24,421 nucleotides of DNA, taken from positions 1 to 24,421 of the IMG/VR virus record IMGVR_UViG_3300025429_000082; one strand, given 5' to 3'. This document shows, piece by piece, positions 6,094-13,646 of this stretch (positions within the stretch are counted from its first letter, which is position 1; the number at the start of each line of letters is the position of its first letter). The notes beneath the pieces are model-generated. The model was not told the DNA's origin, ran no database searches, and saw nothing but the letters and a program-made list of their open reading frames with translations. The stretch comes from a virus. Its lineage: Duplodnaviria > Caudoviricetes. Position numbers and translations under genes: made by a program.

Positions 6094-7757
6094 TGACTAA
6101 CGAAATCAAGCACGTCTACTTCGGCAACCTGACCGTCAAGCGCGGTGAGGACGGCTACTTGCGCGTCAAGGGTCTCGCGACCGACGACACGCTCGACCTG
6201 GACGAGCAGATCTGCGACCCCGAGTGGCTGAAGACCGCCATGCCGAAGTGGATGGAAATCGGGAACATCCGCGAGATGCACGGCGCGAAGGCCGTTGGCA
6301 AGGCCGTCGAGATGGAGCAGTCCGGCAACGGGTTCATCGTCGAGGCCAAGATTGTCGACAAGGACGCCGCGCTGAAAGTCGAAGAGGACATCTACACCGG
6401 CTTCTCGGTTGGTATCAAGAACGCCCGAGTGGTGAAGGACGCAGCTGCCCCAGGTGGTCGCATCGTGTCCGGCCAAATCGTCGAGGTATCCCTCGTCGAC
6501 CGACCCGCTAACCCCAGCGCGGTCATCGAAATCGCTAAGTCAGTCGACGGCGAATTAGTGAAAGGTTCAGCCGTGTCTGACGAAATCAAGTTCGCGGAGG
6601 GCGCCACGCTCAACGCCGAAGCCGAAATGATTGAAACCCCCTTGCAGAACGCCGAAGCGGCCGCCCGCGACAAGCAGATGCAACCCTGCAACGCCTGCGG
6701 TGGCACCGGCTTCAAGGGCAACGTCGCCGAAGAGGACATGACGAGCGTCCCCTGTGAGAACTGCCACGGCACGGGTGTCCAGCCCGAGCACTCGAACGAG
6801 GACATCATTCAGTCCAGCCCGACTCAGCCCGCCAACGCGGACGACGCGAACCACGACGTGAAGGGCGCGGACGCCGAGGTCGAGAAGAAGGACTACTCCG
6901 ACAAGGAGCGCCAGGCTCTCGCCGACGCCGGTCAGGCTCTGCCCGACGGCTCGTTCCCCGTCAAGACCGTCGCCGACCTCAAGAACGCAATCCAGTCCTA
7001 CGGTCGCGCGAAGGACAAGGACGCCGCCAAGAAGCACATCATCGCTCGCGCGAAGGCTCTCGGCAAGGAAGACCTCATCCCCGACAACTGGAAGGGCGCG
7101 GACGCCGACCTGACGAAGGCCGACGACCTCATGCACGACCCCGCCGACCTCGTGGCCGTGCGTGCGTCACTCATCGCGCTCATCAAGGCCGAACTCGACG
7201 AGATGCTCGCGGGCACCGAGAACGAAGTCGCGGACGTGACGCAGTTGCTCTGCACCCTCTCGATGTTCCTTGACTGGTGGACGAGCGAGGCTTCGGAAAA
7301 CGAAACCGACGCCCCCTTCACCGGCTGGGACATGGACAACAAAGAACCGTCAGGAGACGACATGGCTTACATTGGACTCGGCGTGAGCGCCGACCTCATC
7401 AAGGCTGCCGCCGCGGACACCGCGAGCGACACCGACAAGACCGCACTCCGCGACGAGATCCGCAAGGCTCTCGGCGTGGACGAGGAAATCGCCACCTACA
7501 AGGCGGCTCTGACCAAGTACGAGGAGGACATCACCGTCCTCAAGGGTGCTTTGGATGAGATCCGTGAGATGGCGGCACCTGGTGGGCCGGCCCTGCGCCA
7601 GACCACCGTTCAGGCTACGAAGTCAGCAAAGGCCGAGGCACTCCGCATCGAGGCCGAAGGCTTGCGCTACAAGGCCGCACAAATCACCGAACCGAACCTG
7701 CGCAACGAGTACCTCGCGACTGCTAGCCGTCTCGAGCGTCAAGCCGACCAGGCCTAA
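6093..7757 (+). CDS. HK97-family prohead maturation protease fused to a DnaJ-like Zn finger, a DUF6582-like domain and a C-terminal scaffold (554 aa; start ATG6093)
   Basis: GGAGGA SD and TAATG overlap at 6091-6095. Protease motifs IREMH, TGFSVG and EVSLVDRPANP. CNACGGTG/CENCHGTG, then ALPDGSFPV...HIIARAKALG...LIPDNW, then a helical C-terminus. Confidence 0.9.
   Translation: MTNEIKHVYFGNLTVKRGEDGYLRVKGLATDDTLDLDEQICDPEWLKTAMPKWMEIGNIREMHGAKAVGKAVEMEQSGNGFIVEAKIVDKDAALKVEEDIYTGFSVGIKNARVVKDAAAPGGRIVSGQIVEVSLVDRPANPSAVIEIAKSVDGELVKGSAVSDEIKFAEGATLNAEAEMIETPLQNAEAAARDKQMQPCNACGGTGFKGNVAEEDMTSVPCENCHGTGVQPEHSNEDIIQSSPTQPANADDANHDVKGADAEVEKKDYSDKERQALADAGQALPDGSFPVKTVADLKNAIQSYGRAKDKDAAKKHIIARAKALGKEDLIPDNWKGADADLTKADDLMHDPADLVAVRASLIALIKAELDEMLAGTENEVADVTQLLCTLSMFLDWWTSEASENETDAPFTGWDMDNKEPSGDDMAYIGLGVSADLIKAAAADTASDTDKTALRDEIRKALGVDEEIATYKAALTKYEEDITVLKGALDEIREMAAPGGPALRQTTVQATKSAKAEALRIEAEGLRYKAAQITEPNLRNEYLATASRLERQADQA
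6860..7108 (+). repeat. Perfect 18-bp direct repeat GAAGGGCGCGGACGCCGA (6860-6877 and 7091-7108)
   Basis: Read directly. The copies are 231 nt apart (in frame) and bracket the DUF6582-like domain. Confidence 0.9.
7362..7757 (+). CDS. Probable nested in-frame scaffolding protein (131 aa) from an internal start
   Basis: AGGAGA-CGAC-ATG GCT TAC at 7352-7370 closely resembles the capsid start AGGAGA-AAACA-ATG GCT TAC. The product is helical and Ala/Glu/Lys-rich. Same arrangement as lambda C/Nu3 and Mu I/Z. Confidence 0.6.
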   Translation: MAYIGLGVSADLIKAAAADTASDTDKTALRDEIRKALGVDEEIATYKAALTKYEEDITVLKGALDEIREMAAPGGPALRQTTVQATKSAKAEALRIEAEGLRYKAAQITEPNLRNEYLATASRLERQADQA

Positions 7758-7766
7758 GTTCACCCC

Positions 7767-7782
7767 CATCCATCCATCCATC
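7767..7782 (+). repeat. (CATC)4 tandem repeat just upstream of the major capsid SD
   Basis: CATCCATCCATCCATC read directly, followed by TAGGAGAAAACAATG. Confidence 0.85.
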
Positions 7783-7794
7783 TAGGAGAAAACA

Positions 7795-9429
7795 ATGGCT
7801 TACGCCGCCCCCTCCATTGACGACCTGTTCGGTGGGCTTCCCGCCGACCAGCGCGTCGAGCGCTTTGAGGCTTACAAGTCTGCCTTGAGCGCCGTCCACA
7901 CGAAGTCCCTCACCGCTGCCGCGCGTGGCGAAGTGCAGTTCGACGCCTCGAAGGGCGCCGTCTTCACCGAGAACCCCGTCGCGAAGTTCCGTGGCGAAAT
8001 CACGAAGGCCATGTCGGGCGACCAGTTGGCCGCCGCTGAGAGCGCCCTCGCGAACATCGAGAAGGACTTGACCCTCACCAGCCCGCTGAACAACAGCACC
8101 TCGGGCGTCACGGGTCTCGTTCCCTACAACCTCGACCCCGTCCTGTCGCTCCTCGTGCCGAAGGAACTGTACCTGCGCAACTCGACCAGCCGCATCAAGG
8201 CCATCGGTCAGGCGCTTGAGTTCCGTCGCATCACGGGCGTCACGAACTCCGGTGTCGGTGGCGTTGCCTCGGCCACGGGCTTCTTCCAGTCCTCCAGCGC
8301 GAGCACCGCGTTCGGTGGCGTGAACCTCAACCGCCCTGGCAAGATTGCCTACGCGGCCGACAAGTTCGTGCTCCCGTTCAACGAGTTCGGTTTCTCGGAC
8401 AGCGTTTCGATGCAGGCCGAGTTCGCGGGTCAGGGCTACACCGACCTTCGTCAGCTCAGCCACACGGCGTTGATCTGGGCGCACTTCCTCGGTGAAGAGC
8501 GTGCCCTGCTCAACTCGTCGGCTTCGGCTCTGCCGGTCTCGGGTCTGTCCTTCACGGCCGCCAACGACGCCACGGCTCCGGCCACCGGCGCCGCCTCGGG
8601 CACCGCGACGGTCTACGTGACCCTGTCCTCGTCCTACGGTGAAACGGCTCGCATCAGCGCCGGTACGGTGACCCTCGTCGCCAACCAGGGCGTCAAGGTG
8701 ACCTACACGGGCACCGTGGACAACAACGCTGTGGCGTTGAACATCTACATCGTGGACAGCGCCTCGGCCAACTTCAAGGCCACCTCGGCGTTGACGACCT
8801 CGGGCCAGACCGGCTTGACCTTCGCGTCGTCCTCGGCCGCCCCGACCGTTGACGGTTCGTTCCCGAACACCTCGGGCACGGCTCTCGGCTACGACGGCTA
8901 CATCAACACCATCATCAACAACGGCGGCTACGTCGTGAACAACTACGGTTCGGTCTCGGGTGCTTCCGAGGCGGGTGCCTTCGCTCAGGACGCGTTCATC
9001 TCGCTGTTCAACAGCGTCATGGCCGACCCCGAAGCGGTTGTGACCACGGCTGCCGTGCGCCGCGCCATCTCGAAGCAGGTTCAGGTGAACTCCTCGACCG
9101 CTTCGTACCGCCTCAACTACGAGACGGGCTCGGACGGCATGGTGATCGGTTCGCTGGTCTCCGGCATCCAGAACGAGGCGACCGGCAAGATGGTCGACCT
9201 CATCACCCACCGCTTCATGCCCGCTGGCGTTGCCATCGTGCTCCAGAAGCAGTTGCCCTTCCCCGACAGCGGCGTGAGCCAGTGCTGGGAAGTGCACAAC
9301 GTGGTCGACGCGATGGTCATTGACTGGCCGCAGATTGGCCTCACCTACGACACCTCCACCTACAGCCAGACCACCCTCGCGGGTCGCGCTCCGGCATGGT
9401 CGGGTGTCATCACGGGTCTGACGGCCTAG
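7795..9429 (+). CDS. Major capsid protein (HK97 fold likely) with an internal Ser/Thr/Ala-rich beta-sandwich insertion
   Basis: Follows the protease/scaffold gene, has a strong SD and biased codons, and is followed by a terminator. Motifs GLVPYNL..., FGFSDSVS and C-terminal APAWSGVITGL. Confidence 0.85.
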   Translation: MAYAAPSIDDLFGGLPADQRVERFEAYKSALSAVHTKSLTAAARGEVQFDASKGAVFTENPVAKFRGEITKAMSGDQLAAAESALANIEKDLTLTSPLNNSTSGVTGLVPYNLDPVLSLLVPKELYLRNSTSRIKAIGQALEFRRITGVTNSGVGGVASATGFFQSSSASTAFGGVNLNRPGKIAYAADKFVLPFNEFGFSDSVSMQAEFAGQGYTDLRQLSHTALIWAHFLGEERALLNSSASALPVSGLSFTAANDATAPATGAASGTATVYVTLSSSYGETARISAGTVTLVANQGVKVTYTGTVDNNAVALNIYIVDSASANFKATSALTTSGQTGLTFASSSAAPTVDGSFPNTSGTALGYDGYINTIINNGGYVVNNYGSVSGASEAGAFAQDAFISLFNSVMADPEAVVTTAAVRRAISKQVQVNSSTASYRLNYETGSDGMVIGSLVSGIQNEATGKMVDLITHRFMPAGVAIVLQKQLPFPDSGVSQCWEVHNVVDAMVIDWPQIGLTYDTSTYSQTTLAGRAPAWSGVITGLTA

Positions 9430-9442
9430 TCGTCAGCAAGTC

Positions 9443-9475
9443 GCTAGGCGCGTTTCCTTCCTTTCCGCGCCTGGC
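9443..9475 (+). other. RNA hairpin with a 13-nt pyrimidine loop
   Basis: GCTAGGCGCG / CGCGCCTGGC 10-bp stem (one G-U), loop TTTCCTTCCTTTC. Confidence 0.6.
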
Positions 9476-9480
9476 AAACC

Positions 9481-9537
9481 GAGAGTGCAGGGCTGGGGTT
9501 CCCCTCCCCTGGCCCCAGCCCTGCCTCTCATCTTTTT
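9481..9537 (+). terminator. Intrinsic terminator after the major capsid gene
   Basis: GAGAG(T)GCAGGGCTGGGGTT / GGCCCCAGCCCTGCCTCTC long stem, loop CCCCTCCCCT, then ATCTTTTT. Confidence 0.75.
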
Positions 9538-9552
9538 CAATCAGGAGAGAAC

Positions 9553-9807
9553 ATGACCCGCCTCGTTGGATCCGACCGCAGTCAGGCCGAAATCAGCATC
9601 AACGACGGCAAGGTGCACCAGCGTCAAAAGGACGGCACCTTTCACGTCGACGGCCCCGAAGCGAAACTGCTCGTCAAGTCCGGTGACTTCGCGGTCGCTG
9701 GCACCAACTTTCAAAGCGCCCGCGGCTACCGCTGCCAAGACTGCAACTTTCTCGCGCTTCTCAAGACCTGCAAGTGCGGGTCAACCAACACCGTACCGGA
9801 GGACTAA
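9553..9807 (+). CDS. Small post-capsid protein with a C-terminal zinc ribbon (CQDC...CKCG)
   Basis: AGGAGAG SD and TAATG coupling to the next gene. Confidence 0.8.
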   Translation: MTRLVGSDRSQAEISINDGKVHQRQKDGTFHVDGPEAKLLVKSGDFAVAGTNFQSARGYRCQDCNFLALLKTCKCGSTNTVPED

Positions 9808-10730
9808 TGGGCGTCGTCGCTCCCTACATCTTGCAAGAGGGCTCCAGCACCGCCTACGTCTCGCTGGACGAAGTCAAGTTCAGCCCCACCGCCTCGGCTG
9901 TTGACTTCTCCAACCTCGTCGCGAACGGATCGCAGGCCGTCCAAGACCGCGCTCTCTACGAGCTCATCGACCGCGCCTCGTCAATGGCCGACGTGTTCGT
10001 CTACGGTCGCCTCGGCACCCTCTCGGCCACGGTCAACACCGAAAACGGCCGCTACCGCCCGAACCGCATGGGGCAGTTCATCATCAGCCCGAACTACACC
10101 CCCATCCTCGAGGTGCAGTCCTTCTCGGTCGGCACCCTGCCTGGCGTCGGTCTCACGGCCACCACGCTGTCGAACAACAACTGCTTCATCGAGCGCGACC
10201 AGTTCATCGTGACCGCGGCCTCTGGCCTGTCGAACGTCACGACCACCTACGGCTCGCTGTCGACGGTTGGCGCGGGCTGGAACTACGACCAGCAGTGCTT
10301 CTGCCAGTGGACATACGTCAACGGCTTCGCTAACACCTTCCTCACGGCCAACGCCTCGGCCGGTTCCACGACCCTCTCGGTGACGAGCACCACGGGCATC
10401 TACACCGGAACGCAAATGACCATCTGGGACGGCATGAACGACGAGGACGTGACCATCGCGAGCGTCGGCACGAACACCGTGACCCTGACCTCGGCGACCA
10501 AGTACGCCCACGGCCCGAACACCAACATCTCGACCCTGCCCCCCGCGGTCAAGCAAGCGGTGATCCACATCGTCGTCGGCCTCATCAAAGAGCGCGGTCA
10601 GGGCGGTCTCGTCCTGTCCGAAATGGGCGAGGTCGCTGGCGCGTCTCCGCGTGCTGGTCTCGGCATGGACGACATCCTCATGGGCTACGACCTCCTCGAG
10701 CCCTTCAAGGCCATCTGGGGTCGTTCGTAA
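9807..10730 (+). CDS. Head-to-tail adaptor/connector with an inserted beta domain (307 aa; start ATG9807)
   Basis: GGAGGA SD and TAATG overlap. N-terminal YVSLDEVK, LIDRASSMAD and C-terminal LPPAVKQAVIHIV...LLEPFK, typical of gp6/gp15-like adaptors. Confidence 0.72.
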   Translation: MGVVAPYILQEGSSTAYVSLDEVKFSPTASAVDFSNLVANGSQAVQDRALYELIDRASSMADVFVYGRLGTLSATVNTENGRYRPNRMGQFIISPNYTPILEVQSFSVGTLPGVGLTATTLSNNNCFIERDQFIVTAASGLSNVTTTYGSLSTVGAGWNYDQQCFCQWTYVNGFANTFLTANASAGSTTLSVTSTTGIYTGTQMTIWDGMNDEDVTIASVGTNTVTLTSATKYAHGPNTNISTLPPAVKQAVIHIVVGLIKERGQGGLVLSEMGEVAGASPRAGLGMDDILMGYDLLEPFKAIWGRS

Positions 10731-11248
10731 TGTCTCGCGCCGCCGTTCGCTCGTCCATCGTCACCTACCTGACGAACTACGGCGTGACCAACCTGTCCAA
10801 CGTCTTCGGCTTCCCCGCAAAGTTCACCCCCGAGATGGAGTTCTTCTCGGGTGAAGACCCTGGACACAGTTCCGGCGCGGTCATCTTCATCTACTTCGCC
10901 GGACAGCGCGAGACGCGCATCGCCCTCGGTGGCCTCCACAACGGTCGCAAGTCCGTCGAGTACGAGGTAGTCCTCGACTGCTTCATGCGCTCCACCCAGC
11001 CAAAGGCCGAGGACGCGGGAAGCGACAACGAGGCGTTCCTCGACAGCCTGATTACGGCTATCCGCGCCGACCGCCAAGCGGGCACGGCGGGCAACCCCAT
11101 CTTCCAATGGGGCGAAGGCACCATCAACGGCGGGCCGGACATCGAGGTCATCTCGTACTACCCCCGCACGCTGTCGGGTGCCATCAGCGCCACGCAGATC
11201 TACTCACAAATCCGCCTCACGGTTCTTGAAGAACTCGAAGGCTACTAA
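10730..11248 (+). CDS. Neck / tail-terminator-like protein
   Basis: Position between adaptor and tail tube. N-terminal helix (SRAAVRSSIVTYL) and alpha/beta pattern ending FLDSLITAIRAD. Confidence 0.55.
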   Translation: MSRAAVRSSIVTYLTNYGVTNLSNVFGFPAKFTPEMEFFSGEDPGHSSGAVIFIYFAGQRETRIALGGLHNGRKSVEYEVVLDCFMRSTQPKAEDAGSDNEAFLDSLITAIRADRQAGTAGNPIFQWGEGTINGGPDIEVISYYPRTLSGAISATQIYSQIRLTVLEELEGY

Positions 11249-11257
11249 GGAGACCCC

Positions 11258-11506
11258 ATGCCACAGCTCACCTACACCGGCGACCAGCCCCGCGTCTACT
11301 GCGAAGTTCTCGACCAGACCACCGGCGCGACCCTGTTCGCCGAGCCTGGCAGTTCCTACGACCTGCTCGCCGACCCTGGCGATGGACTGTTTGAGGCCGC
11401 GGCGAGTGCTATCAGCACGCCCGCACAGCCCGTTGAGAGCGCCCCAGAAGCCCCTGTAGCGCCCGCAACACCCGACACCACCCCAACCACCCCCACCAAC
11501 AACTAA
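11258..11506 (+). CDS. Small hypothetical virion-associated protein with a Pro/Thr-rich tail
   Basis: AAGGAG SD. Fills the gap between the neck and tube genes. Confidence 0.7.
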   Translation: MPQLTYTGDQPRVYCEVLDQTTGATLFAEPGSSYDLLADPGDGLFEAAASAISTPAQPVESAPEAPVAPATPDTTPTTPTNN

Positions 11507-11515
11507 GGAGAGCCC

Positions 11516-12571
11516 GTGGCTACCTTTCTTACCAGCAATAGTTATTTCGGGCTCGCGGCCGAAACGACCCGAGGCACGGCTGCTACGTCGGGCTTCGTGT
11601 ACGTTCCGGTCGACACCCCGCAGGTGACCCCGATGCAACGCTTCCTCCGCGACGAGGCTCTGCGCGGTTCGCCGGTTCAGACCTACGACCAGATCCAGGG
11701 CGTTCGCCACGACGAGTACGACTTCAAGACGTACCTCTACGCGGACACCTTCCCGAACCTTCTCACGAGCGTTCTGGGTGGCAACGACCTCAAGACCGGC
11801 GCTGGCCCCTACACGCACGTCATCGCGCCCTACATGAACGCGTCCAACGGTTCACAGCCGAAGTCCTACACGCTCGTCGACTTTGACGGTGCCAACTACT
11901 TCACGATGGCTGGCGCCCAGGCGAGTGACCTCACCATCACCTTCGGTGCCGAGAAGGCGGCCGACGCGACGGTGAAGTTCATCGCGAACCCCTACACCTC
12001 CGGCACGACTGCCCCGACCGGCTTCAGCCCGACCTACTCGACCGAGCACATGGTGCCAGGCTGGGACGTGTCGGTCTCCATCGGCGGTACCGCGTCAAGC
12101 CAGACGGTCACGGGTGGCACGACGATCAACTACGTGCAGGACGGCGAAATCAAGATTGACCGCAAGACGGCTCCCATCTTCACCGTCAACTCGACGAACG
12201 GCCCGCGTCAGAACTTCGCTGGCCCGATTGAGGTCACCGGCCGTCTGCTCATGGTCGTCGACTCCAACGCCGACCTGTTCTCGACTGGCTCCACGGCCTA
12301 CGGTCTCGGCTACCAGCCCCAGCCGTTGGTCATCACGCTGGCCGACCCCAACGACGCCGGTCACTCCATCGCGTTCCAGATGAGCGCGGTGCAGTTCCAG
12401 GACATCAAGCGTCAGCGCGGCAAGGCGTTCACCGAGATTGAGGTAAACTACGTCGCAACCGCAAACGCGAACGACGTGGCCGGTGGAAGCACCACGCACG
12501 ACACGGTCTACTCACCGATCCGCACCACCACCATCAACAGCCAGACCGCCGTTTACCAGTCCGGCTACTAA
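11516..12571 (+). CDS. Major tail tube protein
   Basis: AAGGAG SD before GTG. N-terminal YFGLAAETTRGTA, GPYTH and KSYTL, beta-rich. Precedes the tail chaperone. Confidence 0.85.
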   Translation: MATFLTSNSYFGLAAETTRGTAATSGFVYVPVDTPQVTPMQRFLRDEALRGSPVQTYDQIQGVRHDEYDFKTYLYADTFPNLLTSVLGGNDLKTGAGPYTHVIAPYMNASNGSQPKSYTLVDFDGANYFTMAGAQASDLTITFGAEKAADATVKFIANPYTSGTTAPTGFSPTYSTEHMVPGWDVSVSIGGTASSQTVTGGTTINYVQDGEIKIDRKTAPIFTVNSTNGPRQNFAGPIEVTGRLLMVVDSNADLFSTGSTAYGLGYQPQPLVITLADPNDAGHSIAFQMSAVQFQDIKRQRGKAFTEIEVNYVATANANDVAGGSTTHDTVYSPIRTTTINSQTAVYQSGY

Positions 12572-12590
12572 GAGCACCTAAGGGGACACC

Positions 12591-12995
12591 ATGCCAGCCA
12601 TCGAACTACCGAACGGCGCCTCGGCCATCATCCGCACCAAAGCGGAGGTGTCCGAGCGCACCACTCGCAACATCTCACGCGCCTACATGAAGGCCGCGGG
12701 TACTGCCGCCAAACTCGCCACCAGCGGGTTCGACGACACCAAGCCCGAGACGTGGGGCGTGTTCGCCGACCTGTCTGACGAAGACCGCGCCAACCTGGAC
12801 GGCTATCAGGCGGCTCTCATCGTTGGCATGGTGTCCTCGTGGTCGCTCGGTGACCTCCCGACTGACGACACGGCTCTCGATCTACCGAAGGCCGTGTTCG
12901 ACGCCCTAGCTGAAGCCTGCGCCGCGGAGTTTGCCAAGACCGAGGAGTTCGGCCCCGACGGGGTGAACGACCCAAAAGCGCCTACCGCCGACTGA
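12591..12995 (+). CDS. Tail assembly chaperone (gpG-like)
   Basis: Between tube and tape measure, AAGGGG SD, ends D-P-K-A at the slippery site C CCA AAA. Confidence 0.82.
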   Translation: MPAIELPNGASAIIRTKAEVSERTTRNISRAYMKAAGTAAKLATSGFDDTKPETWGVFADLSDEDRANLDGYQAALIVGMVSSWSLGDLPTDDTALDLPKAVFDALAEACAAEFAKTEEFGPDGVNDPKAPTAD

Positions 12996-13189
12996 ACGCA
13001 CTCCGCGCTCAACTCAAAGGCCACACGGCCGAGGTTGACCGTGAACTCATGGACTACTGGCGCGAGTACCTATTCCGCAAGACCTTCGGCGGTACGCACG
13101 AGGACTTCCTCGACCAGCCCACGATGACTACCGAGTGGTTGATTGCTATTCACAACACCGTGGAGGCCATCCGTGGCGAACAGCCCTGA
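12971..13189 (+). CDS. -1 frameshift extension of the tail chaperone (gpGT-like, fusion about 199 aa)
   Basis: Heptamer C CCA AAA (12971-12977). The -1 frame reads PKSAYRRLNALRAQLKGHTAEVDRELMDYWREYLFRKTFGGTHEDFLDQPTMTTEWLIAIHNTVEAIRGEQP* and is absent from the ORF track. Confidence 0.8.
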   Translation, partial: PKSAYRRLNALRAQLKGHTAEVDRELMDYWREYLFRKTFGGTHEDFLDQPTMTTEWLIAIHNTVEAIRGEQP

Positions 13190-13646
13190 AATCGCCATTG
13201 AGACCAACACCGCCGAGGTCATCGCCCGCTTCAAGGCCAAAGCCGAAGCCGTCGAGCGTGCTTCGCGGTCTATCGTCGTCAAGGGTTCGGCCGTCATCGA
13301 GGCCGAGGCGAAGCAAGGGTTCCGACCCCGACCTACTGGCACACAGCGCACGTCCAAGAACGGGCGTGTCTGGTTCGACACCCGAGGCACGGCGGCTCCC
13401 CAGCCCCCTATCCCGACCCAGCGCACCGGCAATCTGCGCAACTCCATCAAGCGCATCGAGGTTCGCCGTATCGGCCCTGGCGCGTGGTTGAGCACCACCG
13501 GCCCCACGATGCTGTACGGCCGTCGCGTCGAACTAGGTGGCGGGCCAGCTCGAGCCTTCCCCTACATGGAGCCCGCCGTTCAGCGAGCCACCCCCGAACT
13601 ACAACGGATCTACCGAGAGGAGTGGGCGAAAGCCCTTGAAACCTAA
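13173..13646 (+). CDS. HK97 gp10-like tail completion protein (start GTG13173)
   Basis: GGAGG SD at 13162-13166. Motifs RTGNLRNSI, YGRRVELG and FPYMEPA. Confidence 0.8.
   Translation: MANSPEIAIETNTAEVIARFKAKAEAVERASRSIVVKGSAVIEAEAKQGFRPRPTGTQRTSKNGRVWFDTRGTAAPQPPIPTQRTGNLRNSIKRIEVRRIGPGAWLSTTGPTMLYGRRVELGGGPARAFPYMEPAVQRATPELQRIYREEWAKALET

Noticed and set aside
7723-9297. Long antisense ORFs (524 aa here; also 3014-3898, 5278-6024, 18700-19554 and others)
   Set aside because: These are shadow ORFs expected from high-GC codon bias opposite well-supported genes. They show no motifs or SDs.
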